Assembly: GCA_964016885.1 (NCBI GenBank)
Contig: OZ024740.1
Location: 366,296,001-366,360,000, forward strand
Direction of reading: 5' to 3'
DNA length: 64,000 bases
Source: Eledone cirrhosa
Taxonomy: Eukaryota
A program made the position numbers and the translations under genes. The notes under the pieces were generated by a model, which was not told where the DNA came from, ran no database searches, and saw nothing but the letters and a program-made list of their open reading frames with translations. Positions within the stretch are counted from its first letter, which is position 1; the number at the start of each line of letters is the position of its first letter. Below are positions 37,901 to 51,069 of the stretch, piece after piece.

Positions 37901-40125
37901 TAACGTCTGTTTGCCCTTCTTATCACAAACCACTTTACAGAATGTACTGGATATGTTTATTGTGAAGATCACCAAAATTAAGGAGGTTGTCATGTCTTTG
38001 ATACAACTGGGGCATCCTTCTGACCTTCTGTTCAGCAGATTTTCTACGACTGGATTGCTCTTCCAGGTTGTTATATCTTTAATACAATGATCATAATAAA
38101 CTGTCAAATATTCATTGGTAAAAGTTAGGCACATTAATATGAACATTTAATTCTTAACCTCTTGTAATGATTTAGTTGAATATCTCCAAAAAAAGGGTTT
38201 GTTAATTCAAATGTTTGTAGTATCAATACTATTGGGAAAATCATGGTAAAAATTCACAATAAATTAAAGTAAACACTTTAATTATATGATGTGACAGAGT
38301 TATAGTGCTGCTTTATATGTCTCAAGACATATATGTCACATTCACACAGTCCAAAAAGCAATTTCAGAAAATAGTTTCTCAGTAAATTAAATGGAATAAA
38401 TTGACAGGATTATTTAAAATCAAGATAATTGAATTTCTATTTCAAGGAATCAGAATATTTTGTTATGTCAATAAGGGAATTTATAATGGTGCACCACTCA
38501 GGTAGTTCCCATTTTTTACATGGGTTTTTTACATGGGTTTTTTACGTGGGTTTTTTACACTTAATAATATTAAAAGAAGAATCATTTGTATCTGAGTCTT
38601 TTGAGATGTTAATGAGCTGACTGATGTAATAGTAAATTGTTTTCTTTGTAGAAACTTAGATAAAATGAAATCTCCCTGCTTTAGTTCATGTAACTCCTTA
38701 GTGGAAATAATGTCAATATTGGCATTGGCCACCTCAGTGAAATCCCCACAAATGGAACATTGTCAATATTAGTATCAGGTGAAATTTCTTTGTCAAACAA
38801 GATGCTTTTTTTTTTTTTCCAATATCTATTTTAGGGTTGTTTTTTGACCAAGTTTCTTCTTCTCTATAGCATTTCCCCACGGTTTTTTTTTAGTTTTTTT
38901 TTTCTTTACAGGACTCACAATTAAAATAAGTGTGGCATTTCTTTTTCTGTTGAATTTTCTTTCTTTTGTGCCACTCCAGGAAAGGAGTTGATCTTCCCTG
39001 GCAAAATGATGGTAGTATTATTAAAAAGTTCAATTAAACTCAAATCTTTAAAAACATAAACCCATATTAGATGGGGACATATTTCAAAGCTTGGTACAGT
39101 GAATCCCCAAATGGAACACAGTGGCTCAGTCCTAGAGTTGATCCACTTGGTCCCCTTTTTTTTGTACCCCATACATGCCATTGAGAAATATAATCTAACA
39201 ACTTTCTAAACAGCAGTCACAGTGTCTTCAGTTTGGACAAGAAATAACTCTAAAGGAATCATAATTTTAGCTCATATAGCACAATTAAAATATACCAAAT
39301 AGTTGTGACTCTATAAAGGAAGTAAGAATATATCTGAATATTAGTTTTGGTTTGAAATTAATAACACTCATGTAAGTCGTTCAGAAAATAAAATGCAGGA
39401 TGTGCTGACTTGAGAAGAGGAAGCAGCATCTATCATGTTGCATACTCACATTTGTAAAAAAATCATAATGTTTCCCAGTGCCTTGTGATCCACTGTGCCT
39501 CAGTTTTCCCCATATGTAAGTGTATGAGTTTGTATGTAATGTGTTGGATATGGTATGCTTATCAAAAATGCATTTGTCAAAAGCATTTTAATTGGCATCA
39601 AATACATTGAAAGATATACTTGTAGAAAAATATTCATAGAAATATATACACAACTATATGGAAACTTAATAGTGAATGATTTTTTTTTTCAAACAACTTA
39701 TTGTAATATTAAAATGATAAGAACAAATTGTTTTTTAAATGAAATATGTTTTCAGTTTATTTTCGGGCTATCGGTTTTTTTCTAAGGATATAAATGTAAA
39801 TAGAAATAAATCAAACCTAATCTTATCAGATGTTTTGAGGTATGTGTGTGTGTGTGTGTACATGTGTGTATGTGTGTGTCTGTGTATGTGTCTGTCTGTG
39901 TGTGTATTTGTTATATATAGAATTCAGCGCAGAATAGACATTATAATATTCTAACTTGTCTATTGGTAATAGCAATAGTAATGATGTCTAACATAGGCAC
40001 ATGACGACAAAATTCATAGGCAATATACAATCAGTTGATTGGTAGATTACGGGGTTTACAATTTGGGAGGCATGGTTTAGTGAAGTTGCTGGGATGAATG
40101 GTTCTTATTATTTACTCTGTGTGCA

Positions 40126-40565
40126 GGGTGGTAGAATGGCAGTATCGGTAGAGAGTCGGAGACCATGCCTTGCAGCATAGAGTTACGGCCCTTTACGGCC
40201 TGAGTTCAAATCCCACCAAGGTTAAATTTGCCTTTCATCCTTACGGGGGCGATAAATAAAGTACCAGTAATGTACTGGGGTCAATTTAATTGACCTCCCC
40301 GCCCAAATTACTGGCCTTGTGCCTATACTAGAAATGATTTACTCTTTGTGATGGATGGTAGTATCATTAGAGCACTGGACACTATGCTTTGCCACATAGA
40401 GTTACAGTGCTTTACAGTCTGAGTACAAATCCCGCCAATGTTAGCTTTGTCTTTCATCCTTCCGGGGTCGATAAAATAAAGTACCAGCTGCTCATTAGGG
40501 TCAATTCATTTGACTTTACCCTCTACCCAAATTGCTGGCCTTGTGTCTATAGTAGAATGATTATT
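40126..40565 (+). mobile_element. Tandem pair of tRNA-derived SINEs
   Basis: Two head-to-tail copies with A/B boxes. Flanking atttactctgt repeated at ~40110, ~40337 and ~40563. Confidence 0.85.
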
Positions 40566-41634
40566 TACTCTGTACTGAAATATTAATGAATTAATATAAG
40601 CACACAACATAGAAAGCAATACAATATACCTTCAAAAGGTTTAGGTAATAGCCATAGACACTATCATATGTGTATAGTAAAAAGGGCATCCAGCTGTAAA
40701 AGCCCTGCTAAATAAAATAGTTAGAAGACTCTTGTGTTGTGTCAGAGACATATCAAGGTCCCTAGTGCCAGTGTCACAATAAAATAGACCCAGTGCACTC
40801 TATATAGTGCAGGGACATATAAAAGTAATGTGAGTCTCAGGCTCATCTCAGAGGTCAGTAACTATGATGAGCCACCCAACACATTCATCATCATCATCCA
40901 TTATTTAAATTTTTATTATGCAGGTCACTATTAATCCCTAATTAGGAATGGGTCCTGCCTAACAGCGCTCCTGATCATGCAGCTCTGTGTGTTTCTGCAA
41001 AGAAAAGCAGACATTAAATGATAACATTGATGATTATATGTGTGTGTGCATTTGAATTTACAAAAAAATTAAAAAGGTACTCAATATAGAAATAGAGTGT
41101 AATTCGTTGAAGTGCTGAGATTACCCTGTGGTGTTTCTACTTTAAGATTTCGACAAGTATTATGGATCACATAACAAAAGATTAGATTGTAAATTACAGT
41201 ATCTATGACAGACGGAATGCAAGTGGTCACTGAAATAGAAGAAACATGTCTCAAGCAACTACAGAAACAGAAATAAAGAAAAGAAAGAAATTAGTATGAA
41301 GACAGAAATATAAAATAAATGAAAAAGAAAAAGTAAGACAAAAAATAAAGAAATAGATTATAAGTAAAAATAATTGTTTCTACTTTTGGTACAAGGCCAG
41401 CAATTACCCAGTGTATTACTGGTACTTTATTTTATCGACCCCAGAAATAATAAAGGTATATATATATACATATATACATATAAGTGTGTGTATATGCATA
41501 TATGCATATACCTGCTTGTACATATGTATAAATACACAGTCATGTACCCTTATATACAAAAATACGAGACTGCAAACATCAAAATTAGACATGAAATGAT
41601 GATTACATTTATATATATATATATACGTATATAC

Positions 41635-41940
41635 ATATAATAATACAAGAACGATTTGTTAAGTGTTCATTACGTTTATTGATTGGTGACACGCGTTTTG
41701 CTATTGATCAGCTCAAGGTTTGATCTGTATCGATCGGGTCCTACTCTAGAATCAAACCTTGAGCTGATCAATAGCGAAACATGCATCACTAATCAATAAA
41801 CGCAATGAAGACTTAACAAGTTGTCCTTGTATTATTATATTACACTCTGTCTAGCTCCCCACCCCGCTATTAAGGTGAACCTGAACATCGAGTGCTCACC
41901 TGGGTGAACCTACAGTAAGTTCACGTTACACTCCCTGGAT
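41635..41940. mobile_element. Foldback PLE-like mini-element
   Basis: ~90-bp arms 41635-41724 / 41751-41840. Consensus gcGAAAcgcgtgTC...aataaa. GAGTGCTC at 41890. (TA)n flanks. Confidence 0.75.
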
Positions 41941-42799
41941 ATATATATATATATATGTATAACGACTACATACAGATGGGCATACACCTACATATTTGCA
42001 ATCTGTATCAATGTACATTTATATATATATGTCCATATATATATATATAAAGATCCATTTTCATTCATTTTCATTTCATTTTACATCCACTTTTCCCTGC
42101 TTGCAAGGGTGGGACGGGAACTGATTCTGGCTTGATTTCTACAGCTGGATGCCCTTCCTAACACCAACCACATTTACAGTGAGTGCTGGGTGCTTTTTTG
42201 CCGTGGCACCTCCACGACCACTTTGCAGTGGAATGATATGGACCCCAGTCCCTATCATCTCATTTCTACAGCTGAGTAAACTGGAGCAATGTGAAATAAA
42301 GTGTCTTGCTCAAGGAAACAACACATCACCCGGTCTAAGAATTGAACTCACAAGGCCATTGCTCTAACCACTAAGCCATGTGCCTCCATAAAGATAAAAT
42401 CAAAAATTGTTTCCTTAAACTTTTAATCTGTGCTAATCATCATCATCATCATCATCGCTGTTTTACGTCAATGTCTCCACGCTAGCATGGGTTAGACGGA
42501 TTGTCCTGTTGTGGGCAATGCCAGGTCAGGTGACCATGTCTTGCTCATACAGGACTGATAATAATGATAATAATAATGATAATAATAATAATGATAATAA
42601 TTGTTAATAATTGATAATAATTGTTTCTACTTTAGGCACAAGGCCAGCAATTACCCAGTGCATTACTGGTACTTTATTTTATCAACCCCGCAAGGATGAA
42701 AGGCAAAGTCAACCTCAGCGGGATTTGAACTCAGATCGTAAAGGGACGTAACTATGCTGGAAAGCATGGCGTCCGACCCTCTACCGATCAATGTATATA

Positions 42800-43150
42800 T
42801 TCTTCTTCTTCACTTACTTATTCCTGCGAGGGTCATGGATGCAGAGTCCACAAGCATACCTTTCAGCAGGTTTTGTCAGAAGCAACCATTTCTAATTGAT
42901 CAGCTGAATCCCCAAGTGAGATCATTGATATTCTCCAGCCACCATGCTTAGTGTCTACACCTGGATCTCTTGCTGGTTGGTTTTGCCCATAAAATCAGTC
43001 TAACAATTCTTTCCTGAGACATTCTAATCACATGTCCGTAGTATTGGAGCTGTGATCTCTCAAATGGGAGAAGTAGTGGCTGTACTTGCCATGACTTTCT
43101 GATTTCTAAGCTATGTACTCTATTAAATAACGTTACCTCCAAAGACCCTT
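42800..43150 (-). pseudogene. 3' fragment of a different RTE-clade LINE
   Basis: EIRKSWQVQPLLLPFERSQLQYYGHVIRMSQERIVRLILWAKPTSKRSR. (AAG)n-like tail. Confidence 0.7.
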
Positions 43151-43214
43151 TCAGCTGCTTGTATTCACGATCATATTCTTTTGAAGACCCCCCTCCCCTT
43201 GTAATATGGGTAGA

Positions 43215-44030
43215 CATCATCATCATTTTTATGTCAATTTTTCCACACTCGTCATGTTCCTTTGTCATCTCCTCTGCAAATCTCAGAAATTTGAGATTAA
43301 CTTTCATCACTTCCACCCAGGTCTTCCTTGATCAACCTCTAGTGTGGCTTCCTTCCACTGGGATTTCCTGGTGCTTCTTCAGTCAGTGATCATCATCCAT
43401 GCACATCATATGTCTATACCAATATAGTCTTCTCTTGTCCATTATTTTGGATTCCTCTTAAATCCAGTTTCTCCCTCAGTTCATCCAGGCTTTGTACATC
43501 CAATGGAGCATGGCAGTTTCATTTCTCTCCAGCCTACACATGTTCTCTGCAATCCCTGTCCATGTCTCGTTACCATGCAGCATTGCACAACTGTATTTCT
43601 GAATGTAAGGAGAAACTTTTTGTTGCCAACAGTGGGAGTAACTCTTTAAAATTCTATTCTAGCTATTATGCTCTTGGAGCACCCTCCTCTGCTGCTAATT
43701 AGATCACCTAGATAGCAGAAGCTATCAACCACTTCTATGGGTCTTTCATGTGATTGGAAAATGTTTATTTCATTGATGCTCATCCCCTCAATTACCCCTG
43801 TGCATCTTTTACATACAAAGTCCTCCCTTCCTGTTAGTCTACTTGTTATCCCAATACATTTCTTGTGTATCCATGATTTACATTGTGTATATCATATACA
43901 GTTTATGTCTACTCCTTTTCTACTTATTGAGCAGAGCAACTTTCTTGAAGGAATCCAGGTCCTGTTCTTTCCTACTTACTAGCTAAGTTTACTTGCAGCC
44001 CTTTTGATTCCAAATTCTGTTTCCATAGTA
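43215..44030 (-). pseudogene. Old RTE-type LINE 3' part
   Basis: Decayed homologue of the RTE C-terminal region (finger, FCYLG, MLHG..TW), with (GAT)n tail. Confidence 0.75.
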
Positions 44031-44036
44031 TGTTTC

Positions 44037-44101
<65 letters not shown>

Positions 44102-44161
44102 TATGTATATATATATTTACACATACACAACCACCTACACAAACACGTGCAAACAGTGACA

Positions 44162-44194
<33 letters not shown>

Positions 44195-44840
44195 TTTTAG
44201 CAATGTTGGTTTTTCTCTTTGTCTGCATATGTAAGAATATATATGCCCACACAAACGCAAATATATGCATAAACATAACACCCACACAGACATAAGCGAA
44301 AATGCTACTATTTACATTTAGATATATGTAATTAATGGGAAAAGAAAAAATATGCCAGGGGAACATTGTGCATAATATATATATATATATATATTATGAG
44401 CAAAACAAGGTCAGCCGACCGGACACTGCCCACAACAGAACAACCCGTCTAACCCATGCCAGCGTGGAAGAATGGACGTAAAACAGTGATGATATATATG
44501 TGTGTGTGTCTGCGTGTGAGTGTGTGTATGATTAAGACTGTTTATCACTATAACTTGAATGTAAATAGATGCAGATCAAACTAAAGCCATCCACAACCTC
44601 AAACAAACATAATCTATACACCTACATTTGAGCTCATTCATCAGATCCAAACCATTTGAGGAAGAGTTAAATCACACATGTCCTTCTAAACTATATCCCA
44701 ACCCTTGTCGCAAAATAATCACTGACTTGCACTAATTGCTGGTATGACAGTTTACTGGATATGACAGATGTCATTATGCTGCAGCTGTCATATTATGTAG
44801 TTTATATATATATATACATATACATATATATATACATATA

Positions 44841-44874
<34 letters not shown>

Positions 44875-45211
44875 CATATATATATAAATATATATATATA
44901 TAATTAAGATTACTATTCTAAATTTAAATGATGTATTTATACATGTGATATATGCCAGAAAAAATGTGACAATCTGCAGGAATTAAACCATATGTCTGTT
45001 GTAGACTAGAGAACAGCATAGTCCATGACACTAGGACACCCAGTCAGATTTTCAACTTCAAATTTAGCCTTACTGGCTAAACTGCAATTGTTGTTTTTCC
45101 TGTTATATCACATGACAATCAGCAGACTGGAGAGCAGTCAATTATTCACCAGTGGATGAATTGTACTCATTACAGCCCAGTTTCACACTGGGTACTTCTA
45201 TGCTGACTGAG

Positions 45212-45255
<44 letters not shown>

Positions 45256-45401
45256 AGTGGTTACACAATTGTTCTCGGTATGGTGAACTAACTGTTGTGT
45301 AACCACTTCTACCTAACTCGTCCCATGGACTGAGTGCTCTACCACTACGGATATTACCTTCCAGTGTTCTACCACTATATATATATATATATATATATAT
45401 A

Positions 45402-46711
45402 CGAGGGGGGATCAAAAAGTTTGCGGAATTTTTCAGAAAATATTCTATTTTTCAAAAAATATGATTTACCATCAATTTATTTTTTTACATAGTTGCTATC
45501 CAGGTCAATACACTTGACAAGGCGATGCTTCCAGCTTCGTAACCCGTCTCTAAAGAAAGTTGAAGGCCTTGTTCGAAGCCATGTGTTGGCAGTGTTTTTA
45601 GCTTCTTCAACACCACTAAAACAGGTTCCTTTTAGCATTTCTTTGAGTTTTGGAAAGAGGAAAAAGTCTGATGGGGCTAAATCTGGACTATAAGGTGGGT
45701 GAGGAAGCACTTCCCATCGAAATTCTCGAAGAACTTCTTTTGCAACCCGCACAGAATGCGCTGGTGCATTGTCATGGTGAAACAAGATCCACCATGAAGT
45801 TTCCCTTTTCGTTTCTTGACTAATGCCTCTTTCAGCTTCCTTAAAACATTTGCATAGTAAGCTGCTGTCACAGTTCTTTGACCTTCAAGATAATCTATTA
45901 GTATCACCCCATCTGAATCCCAGAAAATGGTGGCCATCACTTTTTGATCCGACTTTTGAGATTTGAACTTGATTGGCCCCGATGATCCACGTGGAAGCCA
46001 CTGTTTTGACTGCTGTTTGGATTCAGCATCATACTGGTAGATCCAGGTTTCATCTCCGGTGATGATTCTGGTCAGGAAATGCTCTTCATCAACTTCAATT
46101 TTGTTTAATATCGCCAAAGACAGATCACTTCGAAGAATCAGCTGATCAGGGCGCAATGGTTTTGGGACCCATCGCGCTGAAAGCTTGCTTAGTCCCAAAT
46201 TATCGTGCAGAATTGAATTTGCCGAACCATATGAAATGTCTAGGGACTTAGCTAACTGATTAACTGTTATTCTTCGATCTTCTTCAATTAAAGTCTGAGC
46301 AGCCTCAACGTTTTGGTCATTTTTTGATGTTCCTAGTCTTCCACTGCGATGGTCGTCTTCAAGGTCGTCTCTCCCTTGTTTGAATCGCTGAATCCACGTG
46401 TAGACAGCAATTTTCTTTGTAGCAGTAGTACCGTAAACTTTAACTAAAGCCTCCATAATCTGTATCCCTTTCCACTTGAGTTTCTCCAGAAACTTGATAT
46501 TCGATCTTATCTCAAAATAACTATTTTCCATTGTTCCAAAAAGAGGTTTTTTAAAGAGTGTCAGTACTGTACAATAGTCTGCACAAAACAGACTGCAAGT
46601 GACTAATAGCAAGGTAAACACCCAGTGACAATGTTCTGACATGTTTAATATTGTTTTAACCTATTTTTTTCTTACTACGATAAAATTCCGCAAACTTTTT
46701 GATCCCCCCTC

Positions 46712-46712
<1 letters not shown>
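45402..46712 (-). mobile_element. Full-length mariner DNA transposon (1311 bp)
   Basis: Perfect ~31-bp TIRs cgaggggggatcaaaaagtttgcggaatttt. TA target within (TA)n. Confidence 0.97.
45477..46531 (-). pseudogene. Mariner transposase (DD34D), one frameshift near 45790
   Basis: MENSYFEIRSNIKF...ARWVPK...ITGDETW...|HHDNAPAH...HPPYSPDLAPSDF. Confidence 0.93.
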
Positions 46713-46772
<60 letters not shown>

Positions 46773-46813
46773 TATATACATATATTTAGTAATAATAATA
46801 AATAAATAAATAT

Positions 46814-47158
46814 ATCATCATCATCATCATCATCGTTTAACGTCCATTTTCCACGCTAGCATGGTCTGGACGGGAATTGTCCCACTAGAGGCAAGATTGG
46901 TTGTCTTGCTCAGGACTGTCTGGTGGGTTTTCTGTGGCTGGATGCCCTTCCTAACACCAACCACGTTTACGCTGTGGACTGGGAGGTTTTTACCGTGTTA
47001 CCTACACGGCCACATTACAGCGTGGACTCTGTGTTTTTTTGTCGTGACACCTACACGACCTCATTATTTAGGACTGGATGTTGTGGTACCAACATAGCTT
47101 TACATCGAAAGGGGTGGTGCAGATGGCAGTGGGGATAGGGTTAGTGGGACGGGGATGT
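46814..47158 (-). mobile_element. RTE 3' UTR-only copy
   Basis: Family 3' UTR with (GAT)n tail. Confidence 0.85.
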
Positions 47159-47925
47159 ATATATATATATATTAGAGGGGGCGTTGAAACAACCATTTTT
47201 AAGGAACTTTAATTCCACGGTATACACCGAGTATTCTAATGCAAATAGTGTTTAAAATAAAATATATGAAAATTAGGGTTATGTGACCCTCCGTACCCCT
47301 CACATACACCACCCCATAATTAAATTCCCTATTTTTCTATATTAATCATATAATCTCTAACACATATATACTAAACAGCTTATGGATATGAAACACTTGA
47401 TCATATTTCACTGTAGAAACCTTGTTTAAAACATCTGATGAGTAAAGATAGCAAAAACATTGAGATATAAGACAGTAGGTAGGTACCCCTCCAACATGGT
47501 AAAATTACAACTTTTCAATATGTGTTAAATGAATTTTTTTTTTAGAAAATGTATACATTTGTTAAATGCTTTTCTTTTGTTTTTCGGATTATTTTAGAGC
47601 TAAATTGTATTATAATTTTACAAAAATATCTACATAAATTTAAACTGTAATAATTTAAGTATATAAAATTATATAATTGTTTCTACTTTAGGCACCAAAC
47701 CAGCAATTACCGCAGTGCATTACTGGTACTTTATTTTATCGACCCCATTTGCCATATTTAGACAGCGAGACTCTATTTGTATGGACATACTACTTGTAGA
47801 ATGCTTCTCTCACATATTTTCACCTCACACTCAGTTCACACACACACACATATATATATATATGGGATAACAAGTTATCGTTTTAGGTAATCCAGTTAGA
47901 GGTTGTGAGTACTCTGTACTATGGA

Positions 47926-48038
47926 TAGTTTCCGATGATTTGATCAGAGACACACACTGTATTTAAGGTCGAGTGACGCAACTTCGAGTGATTAGTGGCC
48001 TTTAGACTCACCTGATCAATGAAACAATTGTTAATGCT
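47926..48038 (+). ncRNA. Decayed type I hammerhead with extended stem II
   Basis: agttt-CCGATGA-t-ttgatcag...(insert)...ctgatcaa-t-GAAA-caattg-TT-aatgct, then AATAAA. U4 of the core is mutated to C. Confidence 0.55.
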
Positions 48039-48100
48039 GTAAATAAAACCCTTTTTGCACAGCCGACCATGTTATTCTTCACTCTTTCACTATATATATA

Positions 48101-48966
48101 TATTAGCTGCTAAAGGGTTCTCACTAAAAATGAAAGGCAGGTTGTACGATGCCTGCATACGAACAGCAATGCTGCATGGCAGTGAGACCTGGGCATTGTG
48201 TGCAGAGGATATACGCAGACTAGAGAGGAAGGAAGCTTGCATGCTCTGCTGCATGTGTAACAGTAATATACGTGAACGGCAAAGCATAAACGAACTAAGG
48301 AAAAAATTAGAGATAAGAGGGATCAGATGTTGTTTACTCGAGAGAAGGCTACGTTGGTATGGACACGTGATGCGCATGAAAGTCGATAGCTGTATAACAA
48401 AGTGCAGGGCAATAAAGATAGACGGTAGTCACGGAATAGGCAGACCTAGAAAAACCTGGAACGAGCTGATAAACTCCGACATCACACACTTACACCTCTC
48501 CAAGACAATGTCACTGGACCGAGACCTTTGGCGGTACTCAGTAACAGAGAAGACCCGCCTTACCTAAATATATAGTAAAACCTACTCCAGCCAGTAGGCA
48601 TCTCTAACAAAATACACCCCGTCCCACCACCACCACCCCCACCCCATCCACACCACCCCGTTCTATGTAAAGTTATGTTGGTGCCGCGCCATCGAGGCCG
48701 AAACAAATGAGATCGTGTAGGTGTCACGACAAAAAAACACACAGTCCACACTGTAATGTGGCCGTGTAGGCAACACGGTAAAAACCTCCCAGACCCACAC
48801 TGTAAATGTGGTTGGTGTTAGGAAGGGCATCCAACTGTAGAAAACCTGCCAGACAGTCCTATGCGAGCAAGACAATCACTCTTGCCTCAAGTGGGACTAC
48901 CCCCGTCCAAACCCATGCAAGCGTGGAACACGGACGTTAAACGTTGATGATGATGATGATGATGAT
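48101..48966 (+). mobile_element. 5'-truncated RTE-type LINE
   Basis: ORF 48055..48567, 3' UTR, (GAT)n tail. (TA)n flanks. Confidence 0.95.
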
Positions 48967-48988
48967 ATATATATATATATATATATAC

Positions 48989-49150
48989 TAGATAGTCAGG
49001 ACCCGACGGCTGAGCTCTTGCTGTTTCGACAGTAAATTTTCTGTCAAAATGGCAAGAACTCAGCTGCCGAGTCCCGACATCTCTAATATCTTTATACTCT
49101 ACTATCCCAAGTATCGAGTACTTAACTGAATTAATAGTCTTACTAGTTTA
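48989..49150. mobile_element. Foldback mini-element related to 2220-2402
   Basis: Hairpin 48989-49085 centred on gacag/ctgtc. Shares gacccgacggc.gagctc and the ctctacta.cc.aagtat.gagtac tail. Confidence 0.65.
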
Positions 49151-51069
49151 AAACTGGTAAAATCCTGATCTATCTATACATATGTTTGCACACTCAAGTA
49201 TGTGCAAGCAGCATCATCATTTATCATCATCATTTTACATCTGCTTTTCCCTGCTTGCAAGGGTGGGACTGTCTTGTTGTGGGCAGTGTCTGGTCGGCTG
49301 ACCTTGTTTTGCTCATATGGGAACTGATTTTGGCTTGATTTCTACATATACATATATATTCATATATATGAATACTCACGCATGCCCATAATTACATAAA
49401 ATACCTCAGTGCATATATATATATGTATATGTGTGTGTGTATGTGTCTGTGGATCTGCATGTGTCTGTGTATTCATGTCCACATATATACACACACACAT
49501 GCAGATCGACAGACATTCACACATGCACAGACACACACACACACATGTAAACAGACTCACACATACAGGCATTGTTCTACACTTCATCATATTGGCACTC
49601 TTGCTACTCCACTAGAAGATATCATCAGCTTAGTAGTTATCATCTAAAACGTCATTCTACAAAGATATTCCAACTACCATCTTGGATAAGTTTCTTGCCC
49701 TTGTTTATCTTCCAAGAACCTCATTGAATCTCTCTTCCTCATCTCTCTCTCTCTCTCTCTGCCTCATTTCTCTCTCCCTCACTCCCTCTCTCTGATAATC
49801 TCTCTCTCTCTCTCTGCCTCATTTCTCTCTCCCTCACTCCCTCTCTCTGATAATCTCTCTCTCTCTCTCATAGTTTCTCTCTCTCACTCTCTTTTAGTCT
49901 CTCTCTCTCTCTCTCTCTTAGTCTCTCTCCCTCTTAGTCTCTCTCTCTTAGTCTCTCCCTCTCTCTGCCTCATTTCTCTCCCCTCCCTCTCCTTCACACC
50001 CTCATGTGTCTCTGGGCAGAAGCTATAATTAAGTGGCTACTGACAATCTGTAGGGTGTAGGGAAGATAAAACAGATAGCTATAGGGGCAGTAATGCTCAT
50101 GGTGGTAGTGTTGTTGTTGTTATTGTTGATGATGTTACTGTTGGTAGTAGTGGTGGCAGGGATTGTAATATTAGTGGTGGTCGTTGTTATGGTGGTGGTG
50201 GTAGTTGTTGTGGTGGTGGTGGTGGTTGTTGTGGTGGTGGTGGTTGTTGTTGTGGTTGTGGTAGTTGAAGTAATGGTATTGAAGGTACTTCAGTGGCTGT
50301 GATTTTGGTGATGTTGGTGTTTGAGGAAGTGATTGTGATGGTTATGATGGTGGTAGTTCTATACAGTAGACTTGATAGCAGGTCTGGGTTAATGTTGTTT
50401 GGTGGTGGTTGAGATATTGATGGCTATAGATTGGTTGTGATGGTGGATGTGGTTGTGATGGCACATGGCTTAGTGGTTAGAACGTTGGGTTTACAATTGT
50501 GAAGTTGTGAGTTCTATGCTTGGACTGGGCTTAGTGTTGTGTTCATGAGCAAGACACTTTATTTCATGTTGGTCCAGTTCACTCAGCTGTAGAAATGAGT
50601 TGTGATGTCACTGGTGCCAAGCTGTATCGGTCTCAGCTTTTCCCTTGGACAACATCGGTGGCATGGAAAGGGGAGAATGGTATGTATGGGCAACTGTTGG
50701 TCTTCCACAAACAAACATCGGTCATTCATTGGTTGTGATGATTTTGGTATATGTGTGTGTGGGTGGGGTGTTATGATTAGATTTTGATGGTTACATAATT
50801 TTGATGTTTATGGTGATGATAGTGATTGGGTTTCAACATAGAGCTATATTTTGATTTATTTATTTGCTTTTGAAAATTTAGATTGGCTGATCTTATTGGA
50901 TTTACCATTTGTTGTTTCATCCTCATTTTCATGCCCACTTTCCCATGGTTAGACAGGATATTTTGAGACAAACTTCTAAATCTTGCCAATGGAGTAGAAT
51001 ATACTTTGCTGAGAAGATCTAATAAAACTGAAACCATTATGTTACTTTCTCAAGCTGCTTTGTTTTTAA

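Noticed and set aside
38500-39250. Possible pogo/Tigger transposase relic on the minus strand
   Set aside because: Only weak motif resemblance (GDFILSKF). No TIRs or catalytic residues confirmed.
47370-47470. CTGATGA at ~47435 as a hammerhead
   Set aside because: No correctly placed stem II or GAAA partner.
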